Of a DNA stretch of 64,000 nucleotides, positions 9,640 to 19,045 are shown piece by piece (position 1 is the first letter of the stretch; the number at the start of each line of letters is the position of its first letter). Source of the stretch: an uncultured Alphaproteobacteria bacterium (GTDB taxonomy: Bacteria; Pseudomonadota; Alphaproteobacteria; Rhizobiales; Xanthobacteraceae); assembly GCA_963845775.1 (NCBI GenBank), contig CAWJTE010000002.1, positions 81,808 to 145,807 of the forward strand. Reading direction: 5' to 3'. A program made the position numbers and the translations under genes. Below the pieces are notes generated by a model that was given only the letters and a program-made list of their open reading frames with translations, did no database searches and was not told the DNA's origin.

Positions 9640-11118
9640 TCAATGCTTGGCGTTGCTCAACTCGCTGCGCAGATCGTAGGTCGACAGAAGCTTCTCCACC
9701 AGTCCGGTGGCGTTGCCCCAGTCGAAGGTGCGGAAACTGTGTCCGCAAGTCACGAAGCGGGCGCCGGCGTAGAACATCTCATATTGCGTGTGCCGCGAGC
9801 CGAACTCCGAGCCGATCGCGTCCCACGCCGCTTTCAGAACCTTCACCTTGCCCTCCGGGCTCATCGCGGCCGAGCGTTGCGTCTTGTCGATGATCGCCGC
9901 CAATTCGGGATTGCCGAAATCGTCGATGGAGGAGGGCAGCATGATCAGCGCGCCGCCGGCAAGATCGCGGATGGTCTGCACGACCTTGGGATAGAGGTCC
10001 TGGGTCAGGACTTGCGCCGAATACATAAAATGCTTGTTCGGCACGTACCATTCGCCATCTTGCGAGCCGGACGCTTCCATGCCGGACATCATCGCGTTGA
10101 CCATGCCGACCTGGGCGGCGAGCATGCCCAGTTGTTCGGCCACCGGCGGCATTTTGGTAGTGCCGATCGCCTCGGTGACGCGGTGGGCGATGCCGGCGAG
10201 AAAGGCGATCTTCACCGAAAGCCGGATCTGCGACTGGTAATTTTGGTAGACGTGGCCGTGCGTGTCGTGGAATTGCGCACGGCACATGTCGGCGTCGCGA
10301 TAGACGAACACCCGGTCCCACGGCACCTTGACGTCGTCGAAATACATCAGCGCGTCGTTCTCGTCGAAGCGCGACGAGATCGGATTGTCGTAAACCGAAA
10401 CGGCATGCGCCTCGTAGGACTTGCGCGAAAGAACGCGTAGCCCCTTGGCGTTCATCGGCACCGCGCAGGAAAACGCCAAATCCTCTTCGCCCGGCTTGAG
10501 CGGCTGCAGATTGGCGACGAACACCTCGTTGGCCATGATCGACGAGGTGCCAAGCATCTTGGCGCCGCGAATGGTGATGCCGGTCGAGTCCTCGTCGACC
10601 ACGCGTGCGACCAGATCCTCCGCCTGCTCGCGCCATGCCTTGCCGCGCTCGGCCTGCGGATTGATGATGACGTAGGTCAGGAATAGATCGCTGTTGCTGG
10701 CATAGTCGAAATAGTCAGCGAACGCCTCGGCGCGCGCGGCGCTGTGCTTGCGAAAAATGTCGAGGCTCATCCGCTGCCCGACCAGCGACGAAGCCAAATG
10801 GTCCGGCGAGCGGCCGAGAAAGCCGCCGGACAGCGCCGCCCAGGCTTGCAGCGCTTTGCGCCGCTGCACCATCTCGTCGTAGCTGCGCGGCATCTGCCAG
10901 GCGCGATTGACCCGCCGGTTCGAGCCGTTCGGCTGGAAGGTCATGAATTCGAGATTGTCGGGACGCGCCTGGAAATCGTAAAGCGCGGCGGCGGAGCGCA
11001 CCGCGTTGCGGAACGCGGGATGCGCGGTGACGTCGCCGACCGGCTTGCCGTCGAGAAAGACGGTGCGGCCGTCCTTGAGCGACTTGGTGTGCTCGGCTCC
11101 GGTCTTGCAATCGCTCAT
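9640..11118 (-). CDS. 4-hydroxyphenylacetate 3-hydroxylase (HpaB) family flavin-dependent oxygenase component
   Basis: 492 aa from MSDCKTGAEHTKSLKDGRTVFLDGKPVGDVTAHPAFRNAV..., an HpaB-type N-terminus. I trimmed the Arg-rich 144-aa extension in the ORF track. Confidence 0.85.
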   Translation of the reverse strand: MSDCKTGAEHTKSLKDGRTVFLDGKPVGDVTAHPAFRNAVRSAAALYDFQARPDNLEFMTFQPNGSNRRVNRAWQMPRSYDEMVQRRKALQAWAALSGGFLGRSPDHLASSLVGQRMSLDIFRKHSAARAEAFADYFDYASNSDLFLTYVIINPQAERGKAWREQAEDLVARVVDEDSTGITIRGAKMLGTSSIMANEVFVANLQPLKPGEEDLAFSCAVPMNAKGLRVLSRKSYEAHAVSVYDNPISSRFDENDALMYFDDVKVPWDRVFVYRDADMCRAQFHDTHGHVYQNYQSQIRLSVKIAFLAGIAHRVTEAIGTTKMPPVAEQLGMLAAQVGMVNAMMSGMEASGSQDGEWYVPNKHFMYSAQVLTQDLYPKVVQTIRDLAGGALIMLPSSIDDFGNPELAAIIDKTQRSAAMSPEGKVKVLKAAWDAIGSEFGSRHTQYEMFYAGARFVTCGHSFRTFDWGNATGLVEKLLSTYDLRSELSNAKH

Positions 11119-11156
11119 CGCTCGCGTCCTTCCGGTTCCTCCCGACTTGCCCGCCG

Positions 11157-11729
11157 TCAGGTCAGGCCGTCGTTTCCTTTGATGTCTTGCGCCGATAGCC
11201 CGCCGACGCGGTGGTTCGGCCGGCCGCGACTTGCATAAGCGCAAATCACGGCGATCTCGTCGGGCAGCGGTGCGTCGTGGAGCGTAAAGCTGATACCGTC
11301 GTAATGCGAGCGGACATAGAGCGCATCCTTGTGCGCCAGCGGCACGTCGATAGTGGCGCCGGGCGCCGCGACTTTGGTGAACGATGAAATCCACGCTTTG
11401 CCGCCGCCGGCCGCCTCGCGCATGACGTTGCCGTAGACCGTGGTCAGCATGGCGTTGCCGTGCTCCTGCTCGCCGGCAATCCCGATCACTGCCGCCTTGC
11501 CGTAGCTCGCCGGTTTGTACGGCGCCAACAGCGCAACCGCGATGGCGCAAATCTCGCGCCCGATCGCTTCACTCGCCTTCACCAGCGGCGAAAGGTCTTC
11601 GACATATTTGCCGGCGAACGGGTTTTGCACGATGGCGACCGCCGCGGATTTTCGCAGCGGCGGTTCGGTGCGGCGGCCGGACAAGCTGCGGACTTCATCG
11701 ACGAAAGTGAGGATACGCATGATTTCCAT
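11157..11729 (-). CDS. 'Amino acid synthesis' family protein (PF06684/DUF1185-like, function unknown)
   Basis: 190 aa: MRILTFVDEV...PLRKSAAVAIVQNPFAG...GKAAVIGIAGEQEHGNAML. The family was recognised from memory. Confidence 0.7.
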   Translation of the reverse strand: MEIMRILTFVDEVRSLSGRRTEPPLRKSAAVAIVQNPFAGKYVEDLSPLVKASEAIGREICAIAVALLAPYKPASYGKAAVIGIAGEQEHGNAMLTTVYGNVMREAAGGGKAWISSFTKVAAPGATIDVPLAHKDALYVRSHYDGISFTLHDAPLPDEIAVICAYASRGRPNHRVGGLSAQDIKGNDGLT

Positions 11730-11854
11730 GGCTTTCCCCTGCCGTCAAATGAGGGAGACGCCGTGTAATTGCGTTGGATAGTCTTGCAAAGCTACCCGAT
11801 AATTGGCCAAGTTAAATCCGGGAATACTGGAAAATCACTCCAAGGAGGCGGGCC

Positions 11855-12444
11855 ATGGTGGTCACCTTCCTGCGCCACGGCTCCAATATCTGGCTCGCGC
11901 TCGGGCTTGCCGCGCTGATCGGCGGATTTATTGCCGGCCTGTTTCCATTTTCATTGCTTTGGGTAGTGATTGGCGCGCTGACGTTTTATGTCAGCGAATA
12001 CGGCTTCCACCGTTTCAGCTTCCACGCCGAGCCGTCGCGCTTTGCATTCGTGCGCAATTACAGCACCGCTTGCATTACGATCACCACACCGAGCCCAACC
12101 GGCTCGATCTTCTGTTCCTGCCGATCTGGTTCCTCGGTCCCAATCTGGCGATCACCGCGCTCGGCTTCGCGCTTATCTTCGGCCGGGTCACGGTCGCATC
12201 GGCGATGTTTGGCGTGACGCTGGCAATCTTCCACTACGAATGGGTGCATTACATCGCCCATATCCCGTATCAGCCGCGCACGCGGATCGGACGCTGGGTG
12301 AAGCAGTATCACCTGCGTCACCACTTCATCAGCGAGAAATTCTGGTTCGGCGTTTCCAATCCTTCGATGGATTTCGTCGGCCGCACTTACCGTGCCGCGC
12401 GCGAAGTGGAGCGCAGTGGCACCACGCGCAACCTTTACGGCTAG
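11855..12444 (+). pseudogene. Fatty-acid hydroxylase / sterol desaturase-superfamily membrane protein, frameshifted as assembled
   Basis: The N-terminal part is in the 11855 frame (...YVSEYGFHRFSFHAEPSRFAFVR). The remainder is in the 11803 frame (LQHRLHYDHHTEP...HYEWVHYIAHIPYQ...HLRHHF). Only two nucleotides (AA, 12056-12057) join the two frames, so one nucleotide is missing. AAGGAGG lies upstream of the ATG at 11855. Confidence 0.75.
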
Positions 12445-12493
12445 TGCCGCGGGCGCCAGCGATTTAATCTCACTATGCAAGACGGAGGATCGC

Positions 12494-13657
12494 GTGGCCG
12501 AAACCACGAGCGCTGTCATTATCGGTGCCGGGCCGGCCGGATTGGCGGTTGGGGCGTGCCTGCGCAAGGCGGGTATCGATTTCACCATTCTGGAGCGGGC
12601 GAACGAGATCGCGCCCGCCTGGCGGCACCACTATGAGCGGCTGCATCTGCACACGATCAAGCGCCTCTCCTCGCTGCCGTTCGTGCCTTTCCCGAAAGAC
12701 TATCCGCGCTATGTGCCGCGCCGCCAGATGGTCGATTATCTCGATACCTACGCGCGAACGTTCGACTTGCAGCCGCGCTTGGGCGAAACCGTGCGTTCCA
12801 TCCGCAAAGACGGCAGCGACTGGCTGGTCGAGAGCACGACGGCTTCGATCCGCGCTCCTATTGTTGTCGTCGCGTCCGGCTACAACGCCGAGCCCGTGCA
12901 GCCTGTTTTTCCCGGCGCGGACCGGTTCAAAGGCCGCGTCATGCACGCAAAGGACTATGTCAACGGCAAGCCGTTTGCCGGTCAATCCGTGCTGGTGATC
13001 GGTATGGGCAATACCGGAGCGGAGATCGCGCTCGATCTGGTCGAGCATGGCGCCCGTCCGACCATATCGGTGCGAAACGGCGTGCACATTGTTCCGCGCG
13101 AACTTTTCGGCATCCCCATTCAAATGATTTCGATTCTGTCGCGCATGTTGCCGCTTGGCGGTGATTCACCGGCGATGCTGCGTGTCGTGGACTATGCCCT
13201 GGGCGATCTGTCCCGCTTCGGGATCAGGCGGCCTCCCGGTCCGATGCTGCAAGTGAGTGACGGGCGCGCGCGTGTGCCCACGATCGACGTCGGCACAGTT
13301 AAAAAAATCCAGGAGAATGCGATCAAAATCGCCCCCGATATCAAGGAGCTTACCGAAGCTAGCGCGGTCTTTGCTGATGGCAAACAAATGGCGTTCGACG
13401 CCATCGTTTTTGCAACCGGGTACCGCGCCAATTACGCGAGCTTCCTGCCACCAGCCGATTGGACGGCCGCGCTCGGCGAGACGCCGGTAAACGACGCCAG
13501 CCGTAATTCGGGAATTTATTTCACTGGATTGCGCAACACCGCGTCCGGCCTGTTACACGACATTGCGAAAGAGGCAATGCAGATCGCCGACGATATTGCG
13601 CGGCGGCAGCCGACCACAACGCCGCGCGGTGTGAATCCGACCGTGCGCTCAGCCTGA
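12494..13657 (+). CDS. Flavin-containing (FMO/BVMO-like) NAD(P)/FAD-dependent monooxygenase
   Basis: Contains VIIGAGPAGLA and a second dinucleotide motif VLVIGMGNTGAEIA. I prefer the GTG at 12494 because GGAGGA lies upstream. Confidence 0.82.
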   Translation: MAETTSAVIIGAGPAGLAVGACLRKAGIDFTILERANEIAPAWRHHYERLHLHTIKRLSSLPFVPFPKDYPRYVPRRQMVDYLDTYARTFDLQPRLGETVRSIRKDGSDWLVESTTASIRAPIVVVASGYNAEPVQPVFPGADRFKGRVMHAKDYVNGKPFAGQSVLVIGMGNTGAEIALDLVEHGARPTISVRNGVHIVPRELFGIPIQMISILSRMLPLGGDSPAMLRVVDYALGDLSRFGIRRPPGPMLQVSDGRARVPTIDVGTVKKIQENAIKIAPDIKELTEASAVFADGKQMAFDAIVFATGYRANYASFLPPADWTAALGETPVNDASRNSGIYFTGLRNTASGLLHDIAKEAMQIADDIARRQPTTTPRGVNPTVRSA

Positions 13658-13677
13658 CGTTTCGCTGTCTGCAACGG

Positions 13678-14733
13678 TCAGAGCCACCGCTCCTGGATGT
13701 TCACCGTCGATTCCCGGCCGACGCGATCGAAGTTGGCCGCGATCCAGGCATCGGCGCGTTCGCGGCCGATGTCGAACAGATGGGTGAGAAACTTCCAGGA
13801 GGCGTTCATCTTGCTCGAGCCGGACAACTCCGCGATTACGTCTTCGGCTTCGATCAAGTGCATGAACATGCGCTTGCCGCCGCTCATCTTGCCTTCGTCG
13901 ATCAACTGGGTGACGAACGCAATGGCGCGCATTTCGCGCATCAGCGAAGAATTAAAGCTGATTTCCTGCATGCGGTTGAGGATCGAGCGCGAGTCGGTCG
14001 GGAAATCAGGCCGTATCATCGGCGTCAGGTGAACCATGACGACGTCGCACGATTTGCAGCCGTAGATCACCGGGAAGATGGCCGGGTTGCCCATGAAGCC
14101 GCCGTCCCAATAGATCTCGCCGTCGATCTCCGGGGCGCGCATAACGAACGGCAGGCAGGCGGATGCGAGCACGTGGTTGGCGGTGATTTCCTTCTTATTG
14201 AAGATCTTCACCTTACCGGTGCGTACCGTCGTCGCGCACAGAAATACGTCGACCAGATCCTGCTTCTGCACGCGTTCGAAGTCGACCACTTCGTTGAGCA
14301 GGTCGCGCATCGGATTAACGTCCATTGGATTAAGCTGGTACGGCGACAGGAACCGGCTGATCATGTCGGTCATCACGTAGCCGGGCGAATGCTCGAGTCC
14401 GAATTTCGGGTTCATCTTGTCTAAGAACGACGGCGCAATGATGCTTTGCGACGTCATTTCCGACATTTTCTTCCAGAAGACCATAAGCAAATCGCGCGCG
14501 CCTTGACGGCCGCCGGCGGCCAAACCATCAGCGATCAGCACCGCATTGACGCCGCCCGCACTGGTGGCGGTGATGCCTTCGAACGCGATCCGTTCGTCTT
14601 CCAGTAACCGGTCGATGACCCCCCAGGTGAAAGCGCCGTGGCTGCCGCCGCCCTGTAGCGCCAAGTTGACCGTCTTTTGGCCTACAACTGGCTGCTTGGC
14701 GGCCATATCCGCCGACCTCGGTTGCGCCGTCAT
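13678..14733 (-). CDS. Patatin-like phospholipase
   Basis: Has the oxyanion motif LALQGGGSHGAF, the nucleophile motif GTSAGG (ITATSAGGVNA), and the DGG catalytic Asp (YWDGGF). Confidence 0.88.
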   Translation of the reverse strand: MTAQPRSADMAAKQPVVGQKTVNLALQGGGSHGAFTWGVIDRLLEDERIAFEGITATSAGGVNAVLIADGLAAGGRQGARDLLMVFWKKMSEMTSQSIIAPSFLDKMNPKFGLEHSPGYVMTDMISRFLSPYQLNPMDVNPMRDLLNEVVDFERVQKQDLVDVFLCATTVRTGKVKIFNKKEITANHVLASACLPFVMRAPEIDGEIYWDGGFMGNPAIFPVIYGCKSCDVVMVHLTPMIRPDFPTDSRSILNRMQEISFNSSLMREMRAIAFVTQLIDEGKMSGGKRMFMHLIEAEDVIAELSGSSKMNASWKFLTHLFDIGRERADAWIAANFDRVGRESTVNIQERWL

Positions 14734-14944
14734 ATCTAACCCCCCTGCGTGCGGTGCGTCCGCTCTCTGAAATGCTGGGCAATTCTAGCACCGGCAAAGA
14801 GTGCTTGCCATCACTGCCGCCGCCTCTTTTTGCGCCCCACTTATCGCTGTTGCGCGGATTTGGATGTGGTTCTTGGCGGTGCTGTGCATCGCCGACCGGC
14901 GCGGCATTGCCCGGCGGCGCGTTCGGTGATTACTGAGCGGGCCG

Positions 14945-15988
14945 ATGACGACCCGCATTACCATCCGCCGTCCCGACGACTGGCATTTGCATGTCCGCGA
15001 CGGGGACATGCTGAAAGCCGTGCTGCCGCACACCGCGAAGGATTTCGGCCGCGCCATTCTGATGCCGAACCTCGTGCCGCCGGTGCGAACGACCAAAGAT
15101 GCGGCGGCCTATCGCGCCCGCGTGATGGCAGCGCTACCTGCCGGCTCGCGCTTTACGCCGTTGATGACCTGCTACCTGACCGATGACACCGATCCCGATG
15201 ACGTCGAGCGCGGCTTCCGCGACGGCGTGCTCACCGGCGTCAAGCTTTATCCGGCCAACGCCACCACCAATTCCGCGGCCGGCGTCACCGACTACCGCAA
15301 GATCACGCGCGTGCTCGGACGGTTGGAAAAGATCGGCATGCCGTTTTTGATGCACGGCGAGGAAGTCGGCGCCGACATCGATATCTTCGACCGCGAAAAG
15401 GCGTTCATCGACCGCCGGCTGTCGAAATGGGTGAAGGAGTTTCCCGCGCTGCGGATGATCGTCGAGCATCTTTCCTCGAAAGACGGTGCCGATTTCGTCA
15501 AGAGCGCCGCGCCGCAGGTCGCCGGCACGATCACGCCCTATCACCTCAATCTCACCCGCACCGACTGGCTGGGCGCCGGATTAAAGCCGATGATGTATGC
15601 GATGCCGGTGATCAAGACCGCGCAGGATCGCGCCGCGCTGCGCAAGGCTGCTACGTCGGGCGAGGCCTGCTATTTTCTCGGCACCGATTCCGCGCCGCAT
15701 CCGTTCGCGCGTAAGGTTGCGATCTCAGGCGTGCCCGGCATCTTCAATGCGCCGGTTGCGCTGGCGACTTACGCCAAGGTGTTCGAGGAGGAGGGTGCGC
15801 TCGACAAATTCGAGGCGTTTGCGTCGCTCAACGGGCCCAGGCATTACCGGCTGCCGGCGAATGAGGATAGGGTTACTCTGGAAAAATCGCCGTGGACGGC
15901 GCCAGTCGAAATCAAGGTATCGGGCCCCGATGAGCGTACGTTGCTCTATCGCGGCGGCGAAACCATCGAATGGAAGGTTGTGGAGTGA
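14945..15988 (+). CDS. pyrC: Dihydroorotase (homodimeric type)
   Basis: ITIRRPDDWHLHVRDGDML... over 347 aa is typical of class II PyrC. Confidence 0.92.
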   Translation: MTTRITIRRPDDWHLHVRDGDMLKAVLPHTAKDFGRAILMPNLVPPVRTTKDAAAYRARVMAALPAGSRFTPLMTCYLTDDTDPDDVERGFRDGVLTGVKLYPANATTNSAAGVTDYRKITRVLGRLEKIGMPFLMHGEEVGADIDIFDREKAFIDRRLSKWVKEFPALRMIVEHLSSKDGADFVKSAAPQVAGTITPYHLNLTRTDWLGAGLKPMMYAMPVIKTAQDRAALRKAATSGEACYFLGTDSAPHPFARKVAISGVPGIFNAPVALATYAKVFEEEGALDKFEAFASLNGPRHYRLPANEDRVTLEKSPWTAPVEIKVSGPDERTLLYRGGETIEWKVVE

Positions 15989-16020
15989 CGCTATACTATG
16001 ACCCTGAGACGGACTGAGAA

Positions 16021-16710
16021 ATGACCGGCTTCCCCGACAAAGAAGTAATCGCCTCGCTGACCGCGAAGATGCTGATCGAGGTGGAGGCGGTCCGCTTCAT
16101 GACCGACAAGCCGTTCATCTTTACCTCGGGCTGGGCAAGTCCGGTTTATACCGACTGCCGCCGGCTGATTTCATTTCCGCGCGTGCGGCGCACGCTGATC
16201 GATTTCGCTGTCGCAATGGTCGAGCGCGACATCGGTTTTGAGCAATTCGACGCAATCGCCGGTGGCGAGACGGCTGGCATTCCGTTTGCCGCGTGGATGG
16301 CGGACCGGCTGATGCTGCCGATGCAATACGTGCGCAAGAAGCCGAAGGGTTTCGGCCGCAACGCGCAGATCGAGGGCCAAATCGAACCGGGCGATCGCGT
16401 GCTGCTGGTCGAGGACATGACCACCGACGGCCGCAGCAAGGTCAATTTCTGTAATGCATTGCGCGCGGCCGGCGCCACCGTCGAGCATTGCTTTGTGTTC
16501 TTTTTCTACGACATCTTTCCCGAGGGAAAGAAAATCCTGAAGGATCTCGACATCACGCTGCATGCGCTCGCCACCTGGTGGGACGTGCTGGAGGTCGCGA
16601 AGAAGAGCGGCAAGTTTGACAAGGGCAAGCTCAAGGAAGCCGAAAAGTTCATGAAGGATCCGGCTGGCTGGTCGAAAGCGCATGGCGGCGCGGCGCAAGC
16701 GGCGGAGTAG
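16021..16710 (+). CDS. pyrE: Orotate phosphoribosyltransferase
   Basis: 229 aa with the PRPP-binding motif [13 protein letters not shown]. Confidence 0.9.
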   Translation: MTGFPDKEVIASLTAKMLIEVEAVRFMTDKPFIFTSGWASPVYTDCRRLISFPRVRRTLIDFAVAMVERDIGFEQFDAIAGGETAGIPFAAWMADRLMLPMQYVRKKPKGFGRNAQIEGQIEPGDRVLLVEDMTTDGRSKVNFCNALRAAGATVEHCFVFFFYDIFPEGKKILKDLDITLHALATWWDVLEVAKKSGKFDKGKLKEAEKFMKDPAGWSKAHGGAAQAAE

Positions 16711-16713
16711 GTT

Positions 16714-18195
16714 GTGGCCGATCACGCGACGGACGTGATTGTCGTCGGCGCCGGCAATGCCGCCTTCTGTGCGGCGCTGGCGGCGGCCGAGACCGGCGCC
16801 AGGGTGACGATGCTCGAAGCGGCGCCGGAGGAAGAATCCGGCGGCAACAGCCGCTTCACCGCCGGCGCGATGCGGGTGGTTTATAATGGCGTCGAGGACA
16901 TCAAGACGCTGGTGCCGGACCTCACACCGGCGGAAGTCGAAACCAGCGACTTCGGCACTTACACGAGCACACAATTTTTCGATGACATGGCGCGCGTCAC
17001 CCAAGCGCGCGCCGACCCCGATCTGGTCGAGCTGCTGGTGAACCGAAGCCTTCCCACGCTCAAATGGTTGCACGGCAACGGTGTACGTTTCATCCCGATC
17101 TACGGCCGCCAGGCATTCAAGATCGATGGCAAGTTCAAATTCTGGGGCGGGTTGACCGTGGAAGCCGTGGGCGGCGGACCGGGCTTGGTCGCCATGCTTA
17201 CCGAAGCCGCGCGGAAAAACCGTATCGAAGTGCGCTACCGGGCGCGCGCGCTCGATCTCCTGTACGACGGTGGCGGCATCGAGGGCGTACGCGTTCGTCA
17301 GGACGGCTTGGTAAGGGAATTGCGCGCTGCTTCGGTGGTGCTTGCCTGCGGTGGTTTTGAGGCCAATCCAGAATGGCGCACGCGCTATCTTGGGCCGGGC
17401 TGGGATCTGGCCAAGGTGCGCGGCTCGCGTTTCAACACCGGCGACGGCATTCGGATGGCGCTCGATATCGGAGCCAGTCCGTCGGGAAACTGGTCGGGCT
17501 GTCATGCGGTGCAATGGGAAATGAACGCGCCCGAGTTCGGCGACCTTGCGGTCGGCGATCAATTCCAGAAGCACTCTTACCCGTTCGGCATCCTGGTCAA
17601 CGCGAACGGCAAGCGCTTTGTCGACGAGGGTGCGGACTTCCGCAACTACACTTATGCCAAATATGGCCGCGTGGTGCTGGAGCAACCGAGCCAGTTTGCC
17701 TGGCAGATCTTCGACCGGAAGGTGAAGCACCTGCTGCGCGACGAATATAAGATCCGCCAGGTTACCAAGGTGGCCGCCGATACCATCGAGGAATTCGCAC
17801 AAAAGCTCGAAGGCGTGAATGCCGCCGAATTTCTCAAGACTGTCAAGGATTGGAACGCCGCGGTACGCACCGACATTCCATTCAATCCGAACGTCAAGGA
17901 TGGGCGCCGCACGCAAGGGCTGGCGATCGACAAAAGCAATTGGGCAAGTACGATCGACGCCCCGCCCTTTGAGGCCTACGCGGTGACTTGCGGCGTCACG
18001 TTTACCTTCGGCGGGCTCCGTATCAATTCCGAGGCCGCAGTGCTGAACACCGACTACCGGCCGATCGCCGGACTGTATGCAGCGGGCGAGCTGGTCGGCG
18101 GCCTGTTTTATTTCAATTATCCGGGCGGCACTGGGCTGACCTCCGGCGCGGTGTTCGGCCGAATTGCCGGCATTGCCGCAGCTGCGACGAAGTGA
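16714..18195 (+). CDS. FAD-binding dehydrogenase, fumarate-reductase / tricarballylate dehydrogenase (TcuA)-like flavoprotein
   Basis: N-terminus DVIVVGAGNAAFCAALAAAETGARVTMLEAAPEEESGGNSRFTAG and C-terminus GLYAAGELVGGLFYFNYPGGTGLTSGAVFGRIAG. The GTG start lies 4 nt after the pyrE stop. Confidence 0.8.
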   Translation: MADHATDVIVVGAGNAAFCAALAAAETGARVTMLEAAPEEESGGNSRFTAGAMRVVYNGVEDIKTLVPDLTPAEVETSDFGTYTSTQFFDDMARVTQARADPDLVELLVNRSLPTLKWLHGNGVRFIPIYGRQAFKIDGKFKFWGGLTVEAVGGGPGLVAMLTEAARKNRIEVRYRARALDLLYDGGGIEGVRVRQDGLVRELRAASVVLACGGFEANPEWRTRYLGPGWDLAKVRGSRFNTGDGIRMALDIGASPSGNWSGCHAVQWEMNAPEFGDLAVGDQFQKHSYPFGILVNANGKRFVDEGADFRNYTYAKYGRVVLEQPSQFAWQIFDRKVKHLLRDEYKIRQVTKVAADTIEEFAQKLEGVNAAEFLKTVKDWNAAVRTDIPFNPNVKDGRRTQGLAIDKSNWASTIDAPPFEAYAVTCGVTFTFGGLRINSEAAVLNTDYRPIAGLYAAGELVGGLFYFNYPGGTGLTSGAVFGRIAGIAAAATK

Positions 18196-18202
18196 TAGCC
18201 GC

Positions 18203-18568
18203 GTGAGCCCTTGGCCAACCGAATTGCGGCTGCGCAAGGATCGCAAGGCGCTCGGCGTCACGTTCGATGATGGGGCGCGGTTCGAATTGCCAGCTGAATA
18301 CTTGCGCGTGCGTAGTCCGAGCGCCGAAGTGCAGGGTCACTCGCCGGCCGAACGCCGCACCGTCGCCGGCAAGCACGACGTGCAAATTCTCGAAATCCAC
18401 CCAGTCGGCAATTATGCGGTGCGGCTGGTTTTCGACGATCTGCATTCGACCGGAATTTTCAGCTGGGATTATTTGTCCGAGCTCGGGCGCAACTACGATC
18501 AATACTGGCGCGACTATCTCGGCGAGCTGAAGGAAAAAAATCTCTCGCGCGAGCCAACGACGCGCTGA
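18203..18568 (+). CDS. DUF971 protein (gamma-butyrobetaine hydroxylase-like N-terminal domain)
   Basis: ...FELPAEYLRVRSPSAEVQGH...ILEIHPVGNYAVRLVFDDLHSTGIFSWDYL matches the DUF971 pattern. The GTG is at 18203. Confidence 0.8.
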   Translation: MSPWPTELRLRKDRKALGVTFDDGARFELPAEYLRVRSPSAEVQGHSPAERRTVAGKHDVQILEIHPVGNYAVRLVFDDLHSTGIFSWDYLSELGRNYDQYWRDYLGELKEKNLSREPTTR

Positions 18569-18586
18569 CGGCTGTCATCGTCGCGC

Positions 18587-18811
18587 TTAATGGCCGTACG
18601 TACCGCTAGCCGCGTTCGACCGTGTTGCTGGCCCGTTATCGGCGCTTACCGCCGGCGGCATCATATGCGCGAGCCCATTATCGCGGCCCCAGCCGTGGCC
18701 ATGGCCGCCAAACGCCCAGCTGATGATGATCATGAGAATGACGGCCGCCAGGATGCCGAAGCTCCAGCCAACGCCGTTTTCGACCTGCCGCGATGGTGCG
18801 TCGTCCGGCAT
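18587..18811 (-). CDS. Small membrane protein (hypothetical)
   Basis: 74 aa with one TM segment (WSFGILAAVILMIIISWAF) and a GGHGHGWG motif. A strong SD (GGGAGGGA) lies upstream of the ATG. Confidence 0.55.
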   Translation of the reverse strand: MPDDAPSRQVENGVGWSFGILAAVILMIIISWAFGGHGHGWGRDNGLAHMMPPAVSADNGPATRSNAASGTYGH

Positions 18812-18997
18812 CGCTTCCCTCCCAGGCGAGATGCGAGCGCTATAACTAACGCGCTACGCCGGCGAGGCGTTCCCTGCAAGGCCGTTTATGGGACCGGCAC
18901 TGATGTGCACCGGGGCGTAACGATCGGTCAACGTGGCGGCGCTATCCTTGCCGGCAGTGTCGGGGAGGGGCGTACGATGGGGCGCCTGCCGACATCA

Positions 18998-19045
18998 GGA
19001 CGGCCTTGGTCTCCGCTCCCTCGGGACCGAGGCCGTCCGCCTTTT
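18998..19045 (+). terminator. Orphan intrinsic-terminator-like hairpin
   Basis: GGACGGCCTTGGTC (18998-19011) pairs with GACCGAGGCCGTCC (19025-19038) with one G-U pair. It is followed by GCCTTTT. No annotated + strand gene ends here. Confidence 0.4.

Noticed and set aside
11119-11550. 144-codon N-terminal extension of the HpaB-family ORF
   Set aside because: The extension is extremely Arg-rich, overlaps the upstream gene, and precedes a canonical HpaB N-terminus that starts at the ATG at 11118.
8324-14733. Possible genomic island inserted at tRNA-Pro
   Set aside because: I saw no integrase, no direct repeat of the tRNA 3' end near 14.7 kb, and no obvious compositional break. The genes are ordinary metabolic genes.
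16171-18261. 696-aa ORF on the - strand
   Set aside because: It is antisense to pyrE and the TcuA-like flavoprotein. The composition is shadow-like (R, G, A, H, D) with no recognisable domain.
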